Assembly: GCF_000260965.1 (NCBI RefSeq)
Contig: NC_017856.1
Location: 2,640,001 to 2,672,000, forward strand
Source of the DNA: Methylophaga frappieri
GTDB lineage: Bacteria > Pseudomonadota > Gammaproteobacteria > Nitrosococcales > Methylophagaceae
Length of the DNA: 32,000 nucleotides
Reading direction: 5' to 3'
The position numbers and the translations under genes were made by a program. The first letter of the stretch is position 1; every line of letters starts with the position of its first letter. The notes beneath the pieces are model-generated. The model ran no database searches and was not told where the DNA came from. It saw only the letters and a list, made by a program, of their open reading frames with translations. Of the stretch, positions 5,994 through 18,438 are shown one piece after another.

Positions 5994-8074
5994 TTGACGG
6001 ATTCGATTTACCAGCAGATCGCAGAAAAAATCGATGGTTTCCAAGTCAGGCTGCAGCAGCAACAGATGGCAGATTTTATTGATGCACAACTGCAGGTTGT
6101 AAATGGTCCTCGAATGGCGGTGGTGGAGGCGCCAACCGGCGTTGGTAAGACATTGGGCTATCTGAGTGGGGCACTCCGCACCGCCCAGCAGCAAAAAAAC
6201 TGTTGGTAATCAGCACCGCAACGGTCAATTTGCAACAGCAATTGATGCGTAAAGATTTGCCTGCTTTTTCTGCTGCTTTGGCCGAGCCAATTCGATTTAT
6301 TCAAATAAAAGGCCGTCGGCGTTATCTTTGCCCGAGTCGGTTAGAACAGCTGGTCACTGAGCCACAGCAAACTGCACTGGATTTGGACGTCGATGAAAAA
6401 TATCAGAACGCTATTTTTCAGGCTCAGGGAAAGCAGCTTTGGCAGCAGTGGGAATCCAATCAATGGGATGGTGATCGGGATCATTGTCAGCTCCCACTAC
6501 AAATGCCGTTATGGCAGCAAATATCGACAGATTCTGAAGGCTGTGCGGGTAAAAGCTGCCGGTTTTATCAAACTTGCCCGTATTATGTTTTGCGGCGGGC
6601 CTTGACGCAGGCGCATGTTGCGGTGGTCAATCATGATGTGATTTTGAGCGATGCCGATTTGGGCGGCGGGCTGGTATTACCGCCGCCGGAAGAAATGGTC
6701 TTGGTTTTCGATGAAGCGCATAACTTGCCTCGAAAAGCTTTGGATCATGCTGCTAAGACATTGGATTTTATGCAGCTTGAACAAATGCTGGAATCTGCGG
6801 AAAAAATGCTTAAAAAGCTGCCGACAATTTTGGCTTATCGGACCGCTGATTTCGGCTATATTTTTAAAGAGTCTCGTTCGGCAATTTCAGCTTGTAATCA
6901 ACACTTGCAATCGTTACAAACGCTGCTTGCTGATACCGATATGGTTAGCGATATGTTGCGTGGTGAATTGAGTGAGCCGCGCATATTTGCTGATCAGCCG
7001 TTATTTTCTGCCTTGTCTGTGCCGATGATAGCGTTGATGCAACAGGCAAATACACTTTATAAGCATGTTGTTTTGCTCGGCAAATGGCTTCGAGAAGGCA
7101 TGGAGTCATTGAAGATTCCAGCACGGGTTGGCGAGGCTATTTTGCCGCAGGTTGGCACAGTTCAAAACCTGACAGGCTACCTATTGGATTTTGTTCAATT
7201 ATTTTTAGCCGAACAGGTAGCGGATAAGCCACCGAATGTACTTTGGCTGTCTTTGTTGCAAACAAATCAGGATAAGCGCTTGTTGATGCATGCGGGGCCG
7301 ATGACCGCAGCGGATTTTCTTGCCAAAACGCTTTGGTATCGCGCTTATGGCGTCGTGATCACGTCGGCAACGTTGCGCGGTATGGGCCGCTTTCAACGCT
7401 TTCGCCATGATTGTGGCTTGTATCAGTATGATTCCAGTTATTTTTTGGCGGTACCCTCGCCATTTAAATATCAGCAACAAGCCACATTGAATTTGCCGGC
7501 GATGCGCTATTTACCCAGTGAGTCGCCGCAAGAGTGGCAAATTGAGTTATCAGAAAAATTGCCAGATTTGGTTGATCTCAGCAGCGCGACATTGGTTTTG
7601 TTTACTTCTAAAGTGGTGATGCAGTTTGTTTATCAACGACTGCCTAAGGCATTGACGCAAGTTATTTTGATGCAAGGCGAAGGGTTGACGGCGAAACGGA
7701 TGATTGAAAAACATTGTGAGCGCGTTGAATCTGGCCTGGGCAGTGTTTTGTTTGGGTTGGATAGTTTTGCAGAAGGGGTGGATTTACCGGGAGATCTGTG
7801 TACGCATGTCATTATCACCCGGTTGCCTTTTCCGGTTTTTACCCGGCCGATTGAACAAGCCCGTCAGGAATGGATTATCGCCAAAGGCGGCAGACCTTTT
7901 ACGGCGCTATCTCTACCTGCCGTCAGTGTAAAATTGATTCAGGCTTGTGGACGACTGCTTCGTAAAGAAACGGACTATGGCAATATTACGATTTTGGACA
8001 GGCGATTATTGACCAAGGGCTATGGTCGTCAATTGCTGGCAAGTTTGCCGGATTATCGTTTGGAAAGACACTGA
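5994..8074 (+). pseudogene. DinG/YoaA-family ATP-dependent DNA helicase (XPD-like, Fe-S), with its reading frame broken at an A7 run
   Basis: The N-terminal 71 codons (TTG start at 5994 with a GAGGA RBS; Walker A AEAPTGVGKT) are in one frame and the remaining 623 codons are in the -1 frame. The junction is at A7, 6193-6199. Four Fe-S Cys are present (CPSRL; CAGKSCRFYQTCPY) along with a DEAH box (VFDEAHNL). The N-terminus aligns with E. coli YoaA from residue 1. Confidence 0.85.
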
Positions 8075-8081
8075 GTGATTA

Positions 8082-8110
8082 GCTCAACCCGGCGGTGAGC
8101 CGGGTTGAGC
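8082..8110. terminator. Perfect 12-bp hairpin between the convergent helicase and ppiC genes
   Basis: The sequence is GCTCAACCCGGC-ggtga-GCCGGGTTGAGC. Neither side has a clear U-tract, so its terminator function is uncertain. Confidence 0.4.
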
Positions 8111-8121
8111 CAACAATACCA

Positions 8122-8400
8122 TTAACTGCGGCTGGTGACCTCAAGCAAATGGTATCCGAATTGCGTTTTTACTGGGCCTTGTACCGTACCCACTGGCGCC
8201 GAGAAGACGACTTTATCAAACTCAGGTACCATCATTCCCGGGCCAAATTCACCCAGATCACCGCCTTGCGCTGATGATGGGCAAGATGAATGTTCTTTGG
8301 CAACAGCAGCAAAGTCTGCGCCTTGTTCAATTTCACGTTTTAATTCGTTACAAATTTCTTCACTTTCAACAAGAATATGTCTCGCAGTTGCTTTAGTCAT
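8122..8400 (-). CDS. ppiC: Peptidyl-prolyl cis-trans isomerase C (parvulin)
   Basis: A 92-aa protein from the internal ATG at 8400 (MTKATARHILV...GGDLGEFGPGMMVPEFDKVVF...FGYHLLEV), typical in size and motifs for parvulins. The longer ORF-track start would add a non-homologous extension. Confidence 0.88.
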   Translation of the reverse strand: MTKATARHILVESEEICNELKREIEQGADFAAVAKEHSSCPSSAQGGDLGEFGPGMMVPEFDKVVFSAPVGTVQGPVKTQFGYHLLEVTSRS

Positions 8401-8432
8401 GATCAATCCTATGGTTAGAAAAGTTATAGATT

Positions 8433-9113
8433 TTATGAATTTAAGGCGTCGAGCAGTGCCTGCGCCGTTTCGGCAGAAGAGGCCGGGTTTTGACCGGTGA
8501 TCAATTTGCCATCGACTTGGACTAATGACGCCCAATCTTCACCTTTGTGATAAATTGCGCCGCGTTCTTTAAGCGCGTCCTCTAGTAAAAATGGCACAAC
8601 TTGGGCCAGACCAACTGCTGATTCTTCACTATTAGAAAAAGCTGTGACGTTTTTGTCTTTGACCAGATACTCGCCATCGCTGGTTTTCACATTTAGCAGG
8701 ACGGTTGGTGCGTGACAGACGCTCGCTACTGGTTTACCCGCGGCATAAAGCTGTTCAATGAGTTTTATTGAAGCAGGATGATTGGTGAGGTCCCAAAGCG
8801 GGCCATGACCACCAGGGTAAAAAACAGCATCGAAATCGCTTGAATTAACACTGTCCAAACGAACCGTATTAGCCAGATGCTGTTTGGCTTGTTCATCTTG
8901 ATTAAATCGATCGGTGTCCGCTGTTTGGAAATCAGGTTGATCGCTTTTTGGATCCAGTGGGGGTTGACCGCCATTAGGTGATGCCAAAACGATTTCCGCA
9001 CCTGCATCTTTTAAAACGTAGTAAGGTGCTGCAAATTCTTCGAGCCAAAAACCGGTTTTTTCACCGGTATTCCCCAACGCATCATGCGAGGTGAGTACCA
9101 TTAAAACTTTCAT
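8433..9113 (-). CDS. DJ-1/PfpI family (type 1 glutamine amidotransferase-like) protein
   Basis: It begins MKVLMVLTSHD...GFWLEEFAAPYY and has a nucleophile-elbow Cys in ASVCHAP. The ATG at 9113 is preceded by a GGAGA RBS. Confidence 0.85.
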   Translation of the reverse strand: MKVLMVLTSHDALGNTGEKTGFWLEEFAAPYYVLKDAGAEIVLASPNGGQPPLDPKSDQPDFQTADTDRFNQDEQAKQHLANTVRLDSVNSSDFDAVFYPGGHGPLWDLTNHPASIKLIEQLYAAGKPVASVCHAPTVLLNVKTSDGEYLVKDKNVTAFSNSEESAVGLAQVVPFLLEDALKERGAIYHKGEDWASLVQVDGKLITGQNPASSAETAQALLDALNS

Positions 9114-9171
9114 GACGATTTCTCCCAAGCTAAAAGATAGTTATCAGACATGGGGTTGTCAGATCGATATC

Positions 9172-10230
9172 TCAAGTCATTGTGGCTTGGGATTGCCACT
9201 GCAGCATTTCGCCGGCACGCAGTGGAATCAATTGCGAGTCCGCAAAGTCTAGTGACTCTGGGACTTGCCAAGCTTTGCGGTGTAAGGTGATGGTGCCTTT
9301 GTTACGCGGTAAACCATAAAAATCTGGCCCATGAAAGCTGGCAAATGCCTCTAATTTATCTAAGGCATTCATGGATTCAAATGCTTCGGCATAAAACTCA
9401 AGTGCTGCGTGAGCACTGTAAATGCCTGCACAGCCACAACTGCTTTCCTTATCGTGTCGTGGATGTGGCGCGCTATCCGTGCCAAGGAAAAACTTATTAC
9501 TGCCGCTGGTTGCGGCTTTAAGTAAAGCCTGCTGATGAATATTGCGTTTCAGAATCGGCAGGCAAAAATAATGTGGACGAATACCGCCAACCAACAAATC
9601 ATTTCGGTTATAGAGTAAATGATGGGGCGTGATCGTTGCCGCTAAGTAGGCGTTTGCTTCATTAACGTAATCTGCGGCATCTTTGGTCGTAATGTGTTCA
9701 AAAACGATTTTTAGTTCTGGAAAATCTCGGCGCAGCTGAATCAGCTTATCTTCAATAAACCGTTTTTCTCGATCGAAAATATCAATTTCCGGGTCAGTGA
9801 CTTCTCCATGGATGAGCAATGGCATGCCAAGTTTTTGCATCATTTCCAAAGTATTGGCGCAATGTCGTAGGTGCGTTACCCCAGCATCGGAATTGGTTGT
9901 CGCCCCAGCAGGGTATAATTTGACCGCTTTGACAAACTCGCTGTCTACGGCCATTTCAATTTCTGAAGCGGGCGTATTGTCGGTCAGATATAGTGTCATC
10001 AGCGGTTCAAAATCGCTGTTGTCAGGGCGAGCCGCGAGAATACGTTGCCGATAATCATTGGCCATGGCCGTTGTCGTAACGGGCGGTCTTAAATTCGGCA
10101 TAACAATCGCACGAACAAATTGGCGCGCTGTATCGGTGACGGTGCGTTGGAGCGCAGTATCATCGCGAAGATGTAAATGCCAATCGTCAGGCCGCGTGAT
10201 GGTAAGTGTGTTTGTTGAGCTTGATATCAT
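9172..10230 (-). CDS. pyrC: Dihydroorotase (homodimeric type)
   Basis: It has the N-terminal [11 protein letters not shown] metal-binding motif, FLGTDSAPH, and is ~350 aa like E. coli PyrC. Confidence 0.93.
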   Translation of the reverse strand: MISSSTNTLTITRPDDWHLHLRDDTALQRTVTDTARQFVRAIVMPNLRPPVTTTAMANDYRQRILAARPDNSDFEPLMTLYLTDNTPASEIEMAVDSEFVKAVKLYPAGATTNSDAGVTHLRHCANTLEMMQKLGMPLLIHGEVTDPEIDIFDREKRFIEDKLIQLRRDFPELKIVFEHITTKDAADYVNEANAYLAATITPHHLLYNRNDLLVGGIRPHYFCLPILKRNIHQQALLKAATSGSNKFFLGTDSAPHPRHDKESSCGCAGIYSAHAALEFYAEAFESMNALDKLEAFASFHGPDFYGLPRNKGTITLHRKAWQVPESLDFADSQLIPLRAGEMLQWQSQATMT

Positions 10231-10401
10231 GGTTGAACATTATGCCATAGCAGTGGCTCAGGCGGTGACAAGAATCTTCTTGTGATGGCGTCATGACGTC
10301 GATTGACGGCGTTTTTTCTTGACCGTTTTAGTCAGACAAAGTAACTTTACCCGTTTAATATCAAGCAGCATAATCGCGTGTGCGATTCGAGAGAGGAAGA
10401 C

Positions 10402-12143
10402 GTGGAATTAAGCGGTGGCGAAATTCTGGTCCATTGTCTAAAAGACGAGGGCGTTGAGTTTTTGTTTGGCTATCCGGGTGGTGCCGTATTGCATATTTAT
10501 GATGCACTGTACCAGCAGGATGCGGTCAAGCATATACTCGTCCGCCATGAGCAAGCAGCAACCCATGCTGCTGATGGCTATGCGCGTGCGACAGGCAAGC
10601 CAGGTGTGGTCTTGGTGACTTCAGGTCCTGGTGCGACAAATGCCGTAACGGGTATTGCAACTGCTTATATGGATTCCATTCCGATGGTGGTAATAACCGG
10701 TCAGGTTGCCACCGCGAATATTGGCAGTGATGCGTTTCAGGAGGTCGACTCCGTTGGTATCACGCGGCCTTGTGTTAAGCACAACTTTCTTGTTAAAGAT
10801 ATCAACGATCTTGCTGCGACGGTTAAGAAAGCTTTCTACGTGGCGACAACCGGCAGACCTGGCCCCGTTGTTGTTGATGTGCCTAAGGATATTACCGATC
10901 CGAATATTAAAATTCCTTATGTTTATCCTGAAAGTGTTTCAATGCGCTCGTATCAGCCGGTAACCAAAGGACATCCGGGGCAAATCAAACGCGCGATTGA
11001 GTTATTGTTAACGGCCAAGAAACCAATGGTTTATACCGGTGGTGGGGTTGTTTTAGGTCAAGCAGCTGCGCCGTTACGTGAGTTTGTGAAAAAACTGGGT
11101 TACCCGGTAACAACGACTCTGATGGGCTTAGGCTCCATTCCTTGGAATGATGATCAGTTTTTGGGTATGTTGGGGATGCATGGCACCTATGAAGCCAATA
11201 TGGCAATGCATCAATGCGATGTCCTCATTGCGATTGGCGCCCGTTTTGACGACCGGGTAACCGGGAAAATCGCGGAATTTTGCCCGGATGCAAAAATCAT
11301 CCATATTGATATTGACCCTTCTTCCATTTCGAAAACGATCAAAGTTGATGTGCCGATTGTCGGCGGAGTCGCGGATGTTTTAAATGACATGAATCATCTG
11401 CTCGATATCAGTAAGTCAGCACCAGATAGGCAAGCCATTGATGATTGGTGGACATTAATTAACAGTTGGCGTGCGAAACAATGCATGAGCTATGACCGTG
11501 GTAGTAGCAAAATTAAACCTCAAGCGGTTATCGAGATGGTGCACGAAATTACGGGCGGTAATGCCTATGTGACTTCGGATGTCGGACAACACCAAATGTG
11601 GGCGGCGCAATATTATGGTTTTAGTGAGCCAAATCGCTGGATTAACTCCGGTGGGCTAGGCACCATGGGGTTTGGGCTGCCTGCGGCAATGGGTGTTCAA
11701 TTGGCCTTTCCTGAAGAAACCGTCATCTGTGTGACAGGTGAAGGCAGTATTCAAATGTGTATCCAGGAACTGTCAACGTGTCTTCAGTATGGACTGCCAG
11801 TGAAGATCGTTGCGCTTAATAATCGATATTTAGGCATGGTTCGTCAGTGGCAAGAATTTTTCTACGAAAATCGTTATTCGCATTCTTATATGGAGTCGTT
11901 GCCTGACTTTGTAAAACTGACAGAATCTTATGGCCATGTCGGGATTCGTATTGAACGTGTTGAAGATCTTCGTCCCAAACTGGAAGAAGCGTTTGCACTT
12001 AAAGATCGATTGGTCTTTCTCGATATCGTGACCGACCAAACAGAAAATGTTTATCCAATGATTGCGCAAGGCAAAGCACATAACGAAATGCATATGTCAC
12101 CACACTGCGAGCCACCACAAGATCCTGAGCGGGAGCTATCGTG

Positions 12144-12144
<1 letters not shown>
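10402..12144 (+). CDS. ilvI: Acetolactate synthase (acetohydroxy-acid synthase) large subunit
   Basis: It has [15 protein letters not shown] and the ThDP-binding motif [15 protein letters not shown]...NN. I prefer the GTG at 10402 (RBS GAGAGGAAG 2-10 nt upstream; the product starts (M)ELSGGE, like IlvI) over the ORF-track GTG at 10378. Confidence 0.92.
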
Positions 12145-13690
<1,546 letters not shown>

Positions 13691-13707
13691 ACGTTTTTTG
13701 CTCTCCC

Positions 13708-13743
13708 AAAAAGGCCGGTCGCGTTACGCGGTCGGCCTTTTTT
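13708..13743 (+). terminator. Rho-independent terminator after ilvC
   Basis: An 11-bp GC-rich stem (GGCCGGTCGCG / CGCGGTCGGCC, including two G-U pairs) with a 3-nt loop is followed by T6. A preceding A5 gives it bidirectional potential. Confidence 0.7.
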
Positions 13744-13803
13744 GTAAGTGTTGTTTTCGCCTGTCATAATGCAAGATTAGTTTACCGGTTACGGGGAGTA
13801 TTT

Positions 13804-14547
13804 ATGGTTCAGCACAAGCAGCAAAATCGCGGTATTTATTTGTTGCCTAACCTGTTTACCACGGCAGGTTTGTTTGCTGGTTTTTATGCCATTGTCGCAG
13901 CGATGCGGGGTGATTTTGCGACCGCTTCCATTGCCATTTTTGTTGCGATGCTGATGGATGGTCTGGATGGACGCATTGCCCGATTGACTAATACGCAAAG
14001 TGCTTTTGGCGCAGAATACGACAGTCTCGCTGATATGGTAGCCTTTGGCTTGGCGCCGGCGCTGGTGATTTTCGAGTGGGCACTGTCGGCAACCGGTAAG
14101 TTTGGTTGGATGGTTGCTTTTATCTATGCGGCATGTGGTGCACTGCGTTTAGCCCGATTTAATACGCAAGCTGATCATGCAGATAAACGCTTTTTTCAGG
14201 GCTTACCCAGCCCGGCTGCGGCTGCATGTGTTGCCGGTTGGGTCTGGGTTGGTGACACTTATCAAGTCGATTTATCAGTGATTTCAACCGTCGCCGTTCC
14301 ATTAACGTTTATTACTGCGATTTTAATGGTCAGTACGGTGCGCTACCACAGCTTCAAAGAGCTTGATCTGCGTGGCAGGGTGCCCTTTATGGTGATCTTG
14401 GGTTTGGTTTTGCTGTTTGCGCTGATTGCGATTGATCCGCCGCTGATATTATTTTCGGCTTTTTTACTCTACGCTGTTTCGGGGCCTGTATTGACGTTGA
14501 TTTTGATTCGCAAACGTCGGCATGAGCGAACGCAATACAATCGGTAA
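13804..14547 (+). CDS. pssA: CDP-diacylglycerol--serine O-phosphatidyltransferase (CDP-alcohol phosphatidyltransferase family)
   Basis: It has the motif DGLDGRIARLTNTQSAFGAEYDSLAD (D-G-x2-A-R-x8-G-x3-D-x3-D), is multi-TM, and has a GGGGAG RBS. Confidence 0.88.
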   Translation: MVQHKQQNRGIYLLPNLFTTAGLFAGFYAIVAAMRGDFATASIAIFVAMLMDGLDGRIARLTNTQSAFGAEYDSLADMVAFGLAPALVIFEWALSATGKFGWMVAFIYAACGALRLARFNTQADHADKRFFQGLPSPAAAACVAGWVWVGDTYQVDLSVISTVAVPLTFITAILMVSTVRYHSFKELDLRGRVPFMVILGLVLLFALIAIDPPLILFSAFLLYAVSGPVLTLILIRKRRHERTQYNR

Positions 14548-14629
14548 GTGGCTTTGTATTTGTGCTTACAAAATGGTTTCTGATGAATCTGTATTATTTG
14601 CTACGTAGCGTTACTGAGGTATCTCGCTA

Positions 14630-15046
14630 ATGACACTGACGACGTTGCAGCGTCAAGTTCTACGCGAGATGGGGATCCCTGCCTGGCAGCAACGAGGGCA
14701 GGCTGCTGCGCAGGCGATGTCGACAAAACAGCTGGTTATTCAAGCGCCTTATCTGATTTTGTTGACAACCCCGTTATCTGCTATGGCGCAACGTTTGTTG
14801 GTAAACATATTAACGGCGGTCAATATCGGTGATGCCAACACGCAAGTTGAAGTAGAACAGACATTTTCTGAGCTATCCGATCCGCAAAGTCAACTTCATC
14901 ACGTGCTCTATTTTTCGGCGCAGGTGCCAGCTTCATTGTTGACTGATACCGGCAAGCTGATTCACCTGCCAGACTTGGAGCATGTCATACATCAGCCGGC
15001 CCAAAAAGCAGAAATCTGGTCGTTATTACAACCACTATGTCAGTAA
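14630..15046 (+). CDS. holD: DNA polymerase III psi subunit (probable)
   Basis: Its N-terminus (LQRQVLREMGIPAWQQR) resembles the E. coli HolD N-terminus. It is ~137 aa and sits immediately upstream of rimI, as in the E. coli holD-rimI operon. This family is weakly conserved. Confidence 0.6.
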   Translation: MTLTTLQRQVLREMGIPAWQQRGQAAAQAMSTKQLVIQAPYLILLTTPLSAMAQRLLVNILTAVNIGDANTQVEVEQTFSELSDPQSQLHHVLYFSAQVPASLLTDTGKLIHLPDLEHVIHQPAQKAEIWSLLQPLCQ

Positions 15047-15055
15047 CATTAGATC

Positions 15056-15529
15056 ATGGCTGAGTCACGCCAAGTGATGCTTAATACGGATTTGCCAGCT
15101 GTTATCGCGATTGAGCAAGCGGCCAATCAATTTCCCTGGAGCGCGCAGAATTTTCGAGATTGTTTGCAGTCAGGTTATCAAAACTACGTATGGCGACAGC
15201 GCGCGCAAATCGTTGGGTTTTCGATAACACAAACGGTGCTGGATGAATTACATATTTTGAATATCTGCGTTTCACCCGCGCATCAGGGTAATGGGATCGG
15301 ACGCTGTCTTCTTGAAGCCATTATTGCCCAAGCTGCTGAACAATCAGCCACATTAATCGTGCTTGAGGTGCGTGCAAGTAATCAGCGGGCACAACAGCTG
15401 TATTTTTCTTGTGGATTCAACGAAATGGCTACGAGGCGAAATTATTATCCAACACAGCATGGAAGAGAAGATGCTTTATTGCTGGGATTAAGCTTATCGC
15501 TGCGTGAGGAAGGTTGGTTTAATGGGTGA
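15056..15529 (+). CDS. rimI: Ribosomal-protein-alanine N-acetyltransferase (GNAT)
   Basis: It has a GNAT acetyl-CoA motif (VSPAHQGNGIGRCLL), an N-terminal FPWS motif, and synteny with holD. Confidence 0.85.
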   Translation: MAESRQVMLNTDLPAVIAIEQAANQFPWSAQNFRDCLQSGYQNYVWRQRAQIVGFSITQTVLDELHILNICVSPAHQGNGIGRCLLEAIIAQAAEQSATLIVLEVRASNQRAQQLYFSCGFNEMATRRNYYPTQHGREDALLLGLSLSLREEGWFNG

Positions 15530-15610
15530 AGCTATGGTGTCTAAACTTGCCTTAAATGCCGTGCTGGCTTAGACTTAGCAATTACTTTTCAAAGACTGAT
15601 GGGAGTTTTT

Positions 15611-16192
15611 ATGACTTTTGAATTGCCAGCCTTGCCTTATGCTGAAAATGCACTTGAGCCACATATTTCTGCTGAAACAATTGCATTTCATTACGGCAAA
15701 CATCATCAGACTTACGTGAACAACTTGAATAACCTTGTTCCGGGCACCGAATTTGAGGGACAGACGCTGGAACAAATTATTACTAATTCGTCAGGCGGTA
15801 TTTTTAATAACGCAGCACAAATCTGGAATCATACCTTTTATTGGAACTGTTTAACGCCGAATGCCGACGAAGCGCCAACAGGTTCGCTTGCTGAAGCAAT
15901 TAACCAGACGTTTGGTTCGTTTGATGCCTTCAAAGAGCAGTTTACTAAGTCGGCTACAACCAATTTTGGCTCAGGCTGGACATGGTTGGTAAAAAATGCC
16001 GACGGCAACCTTGAAATTGTCAATACCAGCAATGCTGGTTGCCCACTGACCAACGGCCAAACGCCGCTCTTGACCTGCGATGTTTGGGAGCATGCTTACT
16101 ATATTGATTATCGTAATGCACGACCTAAATACCTGGAAAATTTTTGGGGCCTGATTAATTGGGAGTTTGTTGCTGCAAATTATGCAGCTTAG
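15611..16192 (+). CDS. sodB: Superoxide dismutase [Fe]
   Basis: It begins [32 protein letters not shown] and has [14 protein letters not shown] (Fe-type signature) and DVWEHAYY. The internal ATG at 15611 is preceded by a GGGAG RBS. Confidence 0.95.
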   Translation: MTFELPALPYAENALEPHISAETIAFHYGKHHQTYVNNLNNLVPGTEFEGQTLEQIITNSSGGIFNNAAQIWNHTFYWNCLTPNADEAPTGSLAEAINQTFGSFDAFKEQFTKSATTNFGSGWTWLVKNADGNLEIVNTSNAGCPLTNGQTPLLTCDVWEHAYYIDYRNARPKYLENFWGLINWEFVAANYAA

Positions 16193-16246
16193 CCAATGAA
16201 TCCAGGCGCGATGAAGCGCCATCATTAATTAACGTACATACTGAAT

Positions 16247-16279
16247 AATGGCAGTTTCTCCTGAGACTGCCATTTTTTA
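16247..16279 (+). terminator. Rho-independent terminator after sodB
   Basis: A 9-bp stem (AATGGCAGT / ACTGCCATT) is followed by a T6 run. Confidence 0.65.
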
Positions 16280-16340
16280 TTTTATTACTGGCATAAATTG
16301 CCAACATCGCCATTAGAAGGATGGCAGGGAGTGCAAAGTC

Positions 16341-17540
16341 ATGGCTGAGAGTGTCATGCCGACTTATGGTCGTTTAGAGGTTAGCTTTCAACGGGGCGAG
16401 GGGGCTTGGCTGTTTGATGCCAACGATACCCCTTATCTGGACGCGTTGAGCGGTATCGCAGTGACCAATCTGGGCCATTGTCATCCAAAGGTAACACAAG
16501 CAATTTGTGAGCAAGCAGCCACATTGATCCATACCTCAAATGTTTACCACATTGCTTTACAACAGCAGTTGGCGGATAAATTAACCCAGCTATCCGGGAT
16601 GGATCAGGTTTTTTTCTGTAACTCTGGTGCGGAAGCAAACGAAGCGGCAATCAAACTGGCACGCAAATATGGTCATCAAAAAGGGATTGAGAAGCCGGTT
16701 ATTATCGTTATGGATGGCAGTTTTCATGGCCGTACTATGGCGACCTTAACGGCGACGGGTAACAGCAAGGTTCAAGTTGGTTTCGAACCATTGGTGCCGG
16801 GTTTTGTGCGTGTTCCTTATAACGATCTGGACGCGTTACGAATGGCAATAAGTCACTGGCCCGAAGCGGTTGCGGTGTTGTTGGAACCGATTCAAGGAGA
16901 AGGTGGGATCAAAATTCCAGATGCTGATTATCTCCGTTTAGTACGCGAGCTCTGTACGCAACGCAAGCTGTTAATGATGCTGGATGAAGTGCAGACGGGT
17001 ATTGGCAGAACAGGAAAATGGTTTGCATTTCAACATAGCGAGGAACTGCTGCCGGACGTCATGACCTTGGCTAAAGGATTGGGAAATGGCATGCCTGTTG
17101 GTGCCTGCTTGGCAGCAGGGCCGGCCCTGGGAGTATTGGAAGCGGGCAACCATGGTTCAACTTTTGGTGGAAATCCGCTTGCGGCAAGAACGGCATTAGC
17201 TGTGCTGGAAACCATTGCTTCCGAGGGGGTGTTGCACCAGGTCGAAACGCTGGCTGAACGAATGAATACTGGGTTTCAGGCCAAATTGGGCGGTGTGGAT
17301 GGGGTGAAACGGATTCGCCAGAAAGGCTTCATGATTGGTATTGAGTTGGCTTATCCCTGTGCCGAACTCGTCAAGGCGGCGCTGGCAGAGCAGCTTCTTA
17401 TCAACGTCACAGCGGAAAAAGTGATTCGCCTTTTGCCACCCTTGATTATCAATGAAGATCAAGCCGATTTGATTGTAAACAAAGTCAGCACGCTGGTTAT
17501 TGCGTTTCTGGCTAAACAAGCTGAAGTGAGTGTTGCCTGA
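16341..17540 (+). CDS. argD: Acetylornithine aminotransferase (class III PLP aminotransferase)
   Basis: It has [27 protein letters not shown], the PLP-lysine context TLAKGLGNG, and is adjacent to argF. Confidence 0.88.
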   Translation: MAESVMPTYGRLEVSFQRGEGAWLFDANDTPYLDALSGIAVTNLGHCHPKVTQAICEQAATLIHTSNVYHIALQQQLADKLTQLSGMDQVFFCNSGAEANEAAIKLARKYGHQKGIEKPVIIVMDGSFHGRTMATLTATGNSKVQVGFEPLVPGFVRVPYNDLDALRMAISHWPEAVAVLLEPIQGEGGIKIPDADYLRLVRELCTQRKLLMMLDEVQTGIGRTGKWFAFQHSEELLPDVMTLAKGLGNGMPVGACLAAGPALGVLEAGNHGSTFGGNPLAARTALAVLETIASEGVLHQVETLAERMNTGFQAKLGGVDGVKRIRQKGFMIGIELAYPCAELVKAALAEQLLINVTAEKVIRLLPPLIINEDQADLIVNKVSTLVIAFLAKQAEVSVA

Positions 17541-17541
17541 A

Positions 17542-18438
17542 ATGAAACATTTTTTAACTTTGCGTGATTTGACCCCATCAGAGCTGACCCGGCTGGTCGA
17601 GCGTGCAACCGAGCTAAAAAAAATGCAACAACAGGGGGAGGTTTATGAGCCTCTGAAAAATAAAGTATTGGCGATGATTTTCGAAAAATCATCGACTCGT
17701 ACCCGGGTATCGTTTGAATCTGCAATGATTCAGTTTGGGGGCGGATCGATATTTTTGTCACCTCATGACACGCAGCTGGGGCGTGGCGAGCCGGTTGAAG
17801 ATTCTGCGCGTGTTATTTCCAGCATGGTTGATGTCGTGATGATTCGGACTTTTGAGCATCGTAAAGTTGAGACCTTTGCCAAATACTCCAGCGTGCCAGT
17901 CATTAATGCGTTGACCGATGAATTTCACCCATGTCAGTTATTGGCAGATATGCAAACCTATTTTGAGCAGCGTGGTGATATTCGAGGTAAAACGGTTGCC
18001 TGGGTTGGTGATGGTAATAATATGTGTCACTCCTACATTAATGCAGCGCAGCAATTTGGTTTTAAATTAAATATTGCGGCACCGGCTGGTTATGAACCGC
18101 AGCAGTCAGTGATTGACGCAGCTGATGCCGAGCTGTTTATCTGTCATGATCCCAAAGCAGCCGTCAGTAACGCGGATTTGGTTGTGACTGATGTTTGGGC
18201 CAGTATGGGCCAGGAAGAAGAGCAGCGAAAACGAGAAGCTGCTTTTGCAGACTTTCAAGTTAATTCTGCACTGATGGCCTTGGCTGACAATGATGCTTTA
18301 TTTATGCATTGTCTGCCGGCTCATCGGGGTGAGGAGGTGTCAGCAGAAGTCATTGATGGACCACAAAGTGTTGTGTGGCAAGAAGCGGAAAATCGCCTGC
18401 ATGCTCAAAAAGCGTTATTAGAACTATTATGCGCTTGA
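17542..18438 (+). CDS. argF: Ornithine carbamoyltransferase
   Basis: It has the STRTR carbamoyl-phosphate motif, HPCQ and [10 protein letters not shown]. The ATG at 17542 lies 1 nt after the argD stop. Confidence 0.93.
   Translation: MKHFLTLRDLTPSELTRLVERATELKKMQQQGEVYEPLKNKVLAMIFEKSSTRTRVSFESAMIQFGGGSIFLSPHDTQLGRGEPVEDSARVISSMVDVVMIRTFEHRKVETFAKYSSVPVINALTDEFHPCQLLADMQTYFEQRGDIRGKTVAWVGDGNNMCHSYINAAQQFGFKLNIAAPAGYEPQQSVIDAADAELFICHDPKAAVSNADLVVTDVWASMGQEEEQRKREAAFADFQVNSALMALADNDALFMHCLPAHRGEEVSAEVIDGPQSVVWQEAENRLHAQKALLELLCA

Noticed and set aside
6193-6245. Programmed -1 ribosomal frameshifting at A_AAA_AAC as the explanation for the split helicase.
   Set aside because: I see no stem-loop or pseudoknot at the usual 5-9 nt spacing. 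The nearest hairpin-like dyad starts ~25 nt downstream. I know of no frameshifting in this helicase family. A homopolymer error or a real mutation is more parsimonious. I keep it only as a minor alternative in the finding.
8135-8535. A 121-aa plus-strand ORF and the long N-terminal extension of the minus-strand ppiC ORF (up to 8535).
   Set aside because: Parvulin PpiC proteins are ~92 aa and the homologous part starts at the ATG at 8400. The extension would overlap the 3' end of the DJ-1 gene. The plus-strand ORF is antisense to both real genes.
10231-10401. A leader-peptide or attenuator upstream of ilvI.
   Set aside because: The small ORFs here (for example MTSIDGVFS) are not enriched in Ile, Leu or Val, and I could not find a convincing alternative terminator/antiterminator pair.
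16289-16303. A sigma-54 promoter (TGGCA...TTGC) upstream of argD.
   Set aside because: The GG and GC dinucleotides are separated by 8 nt rather than the required 10, so the -24/-12 geometry does not fit.
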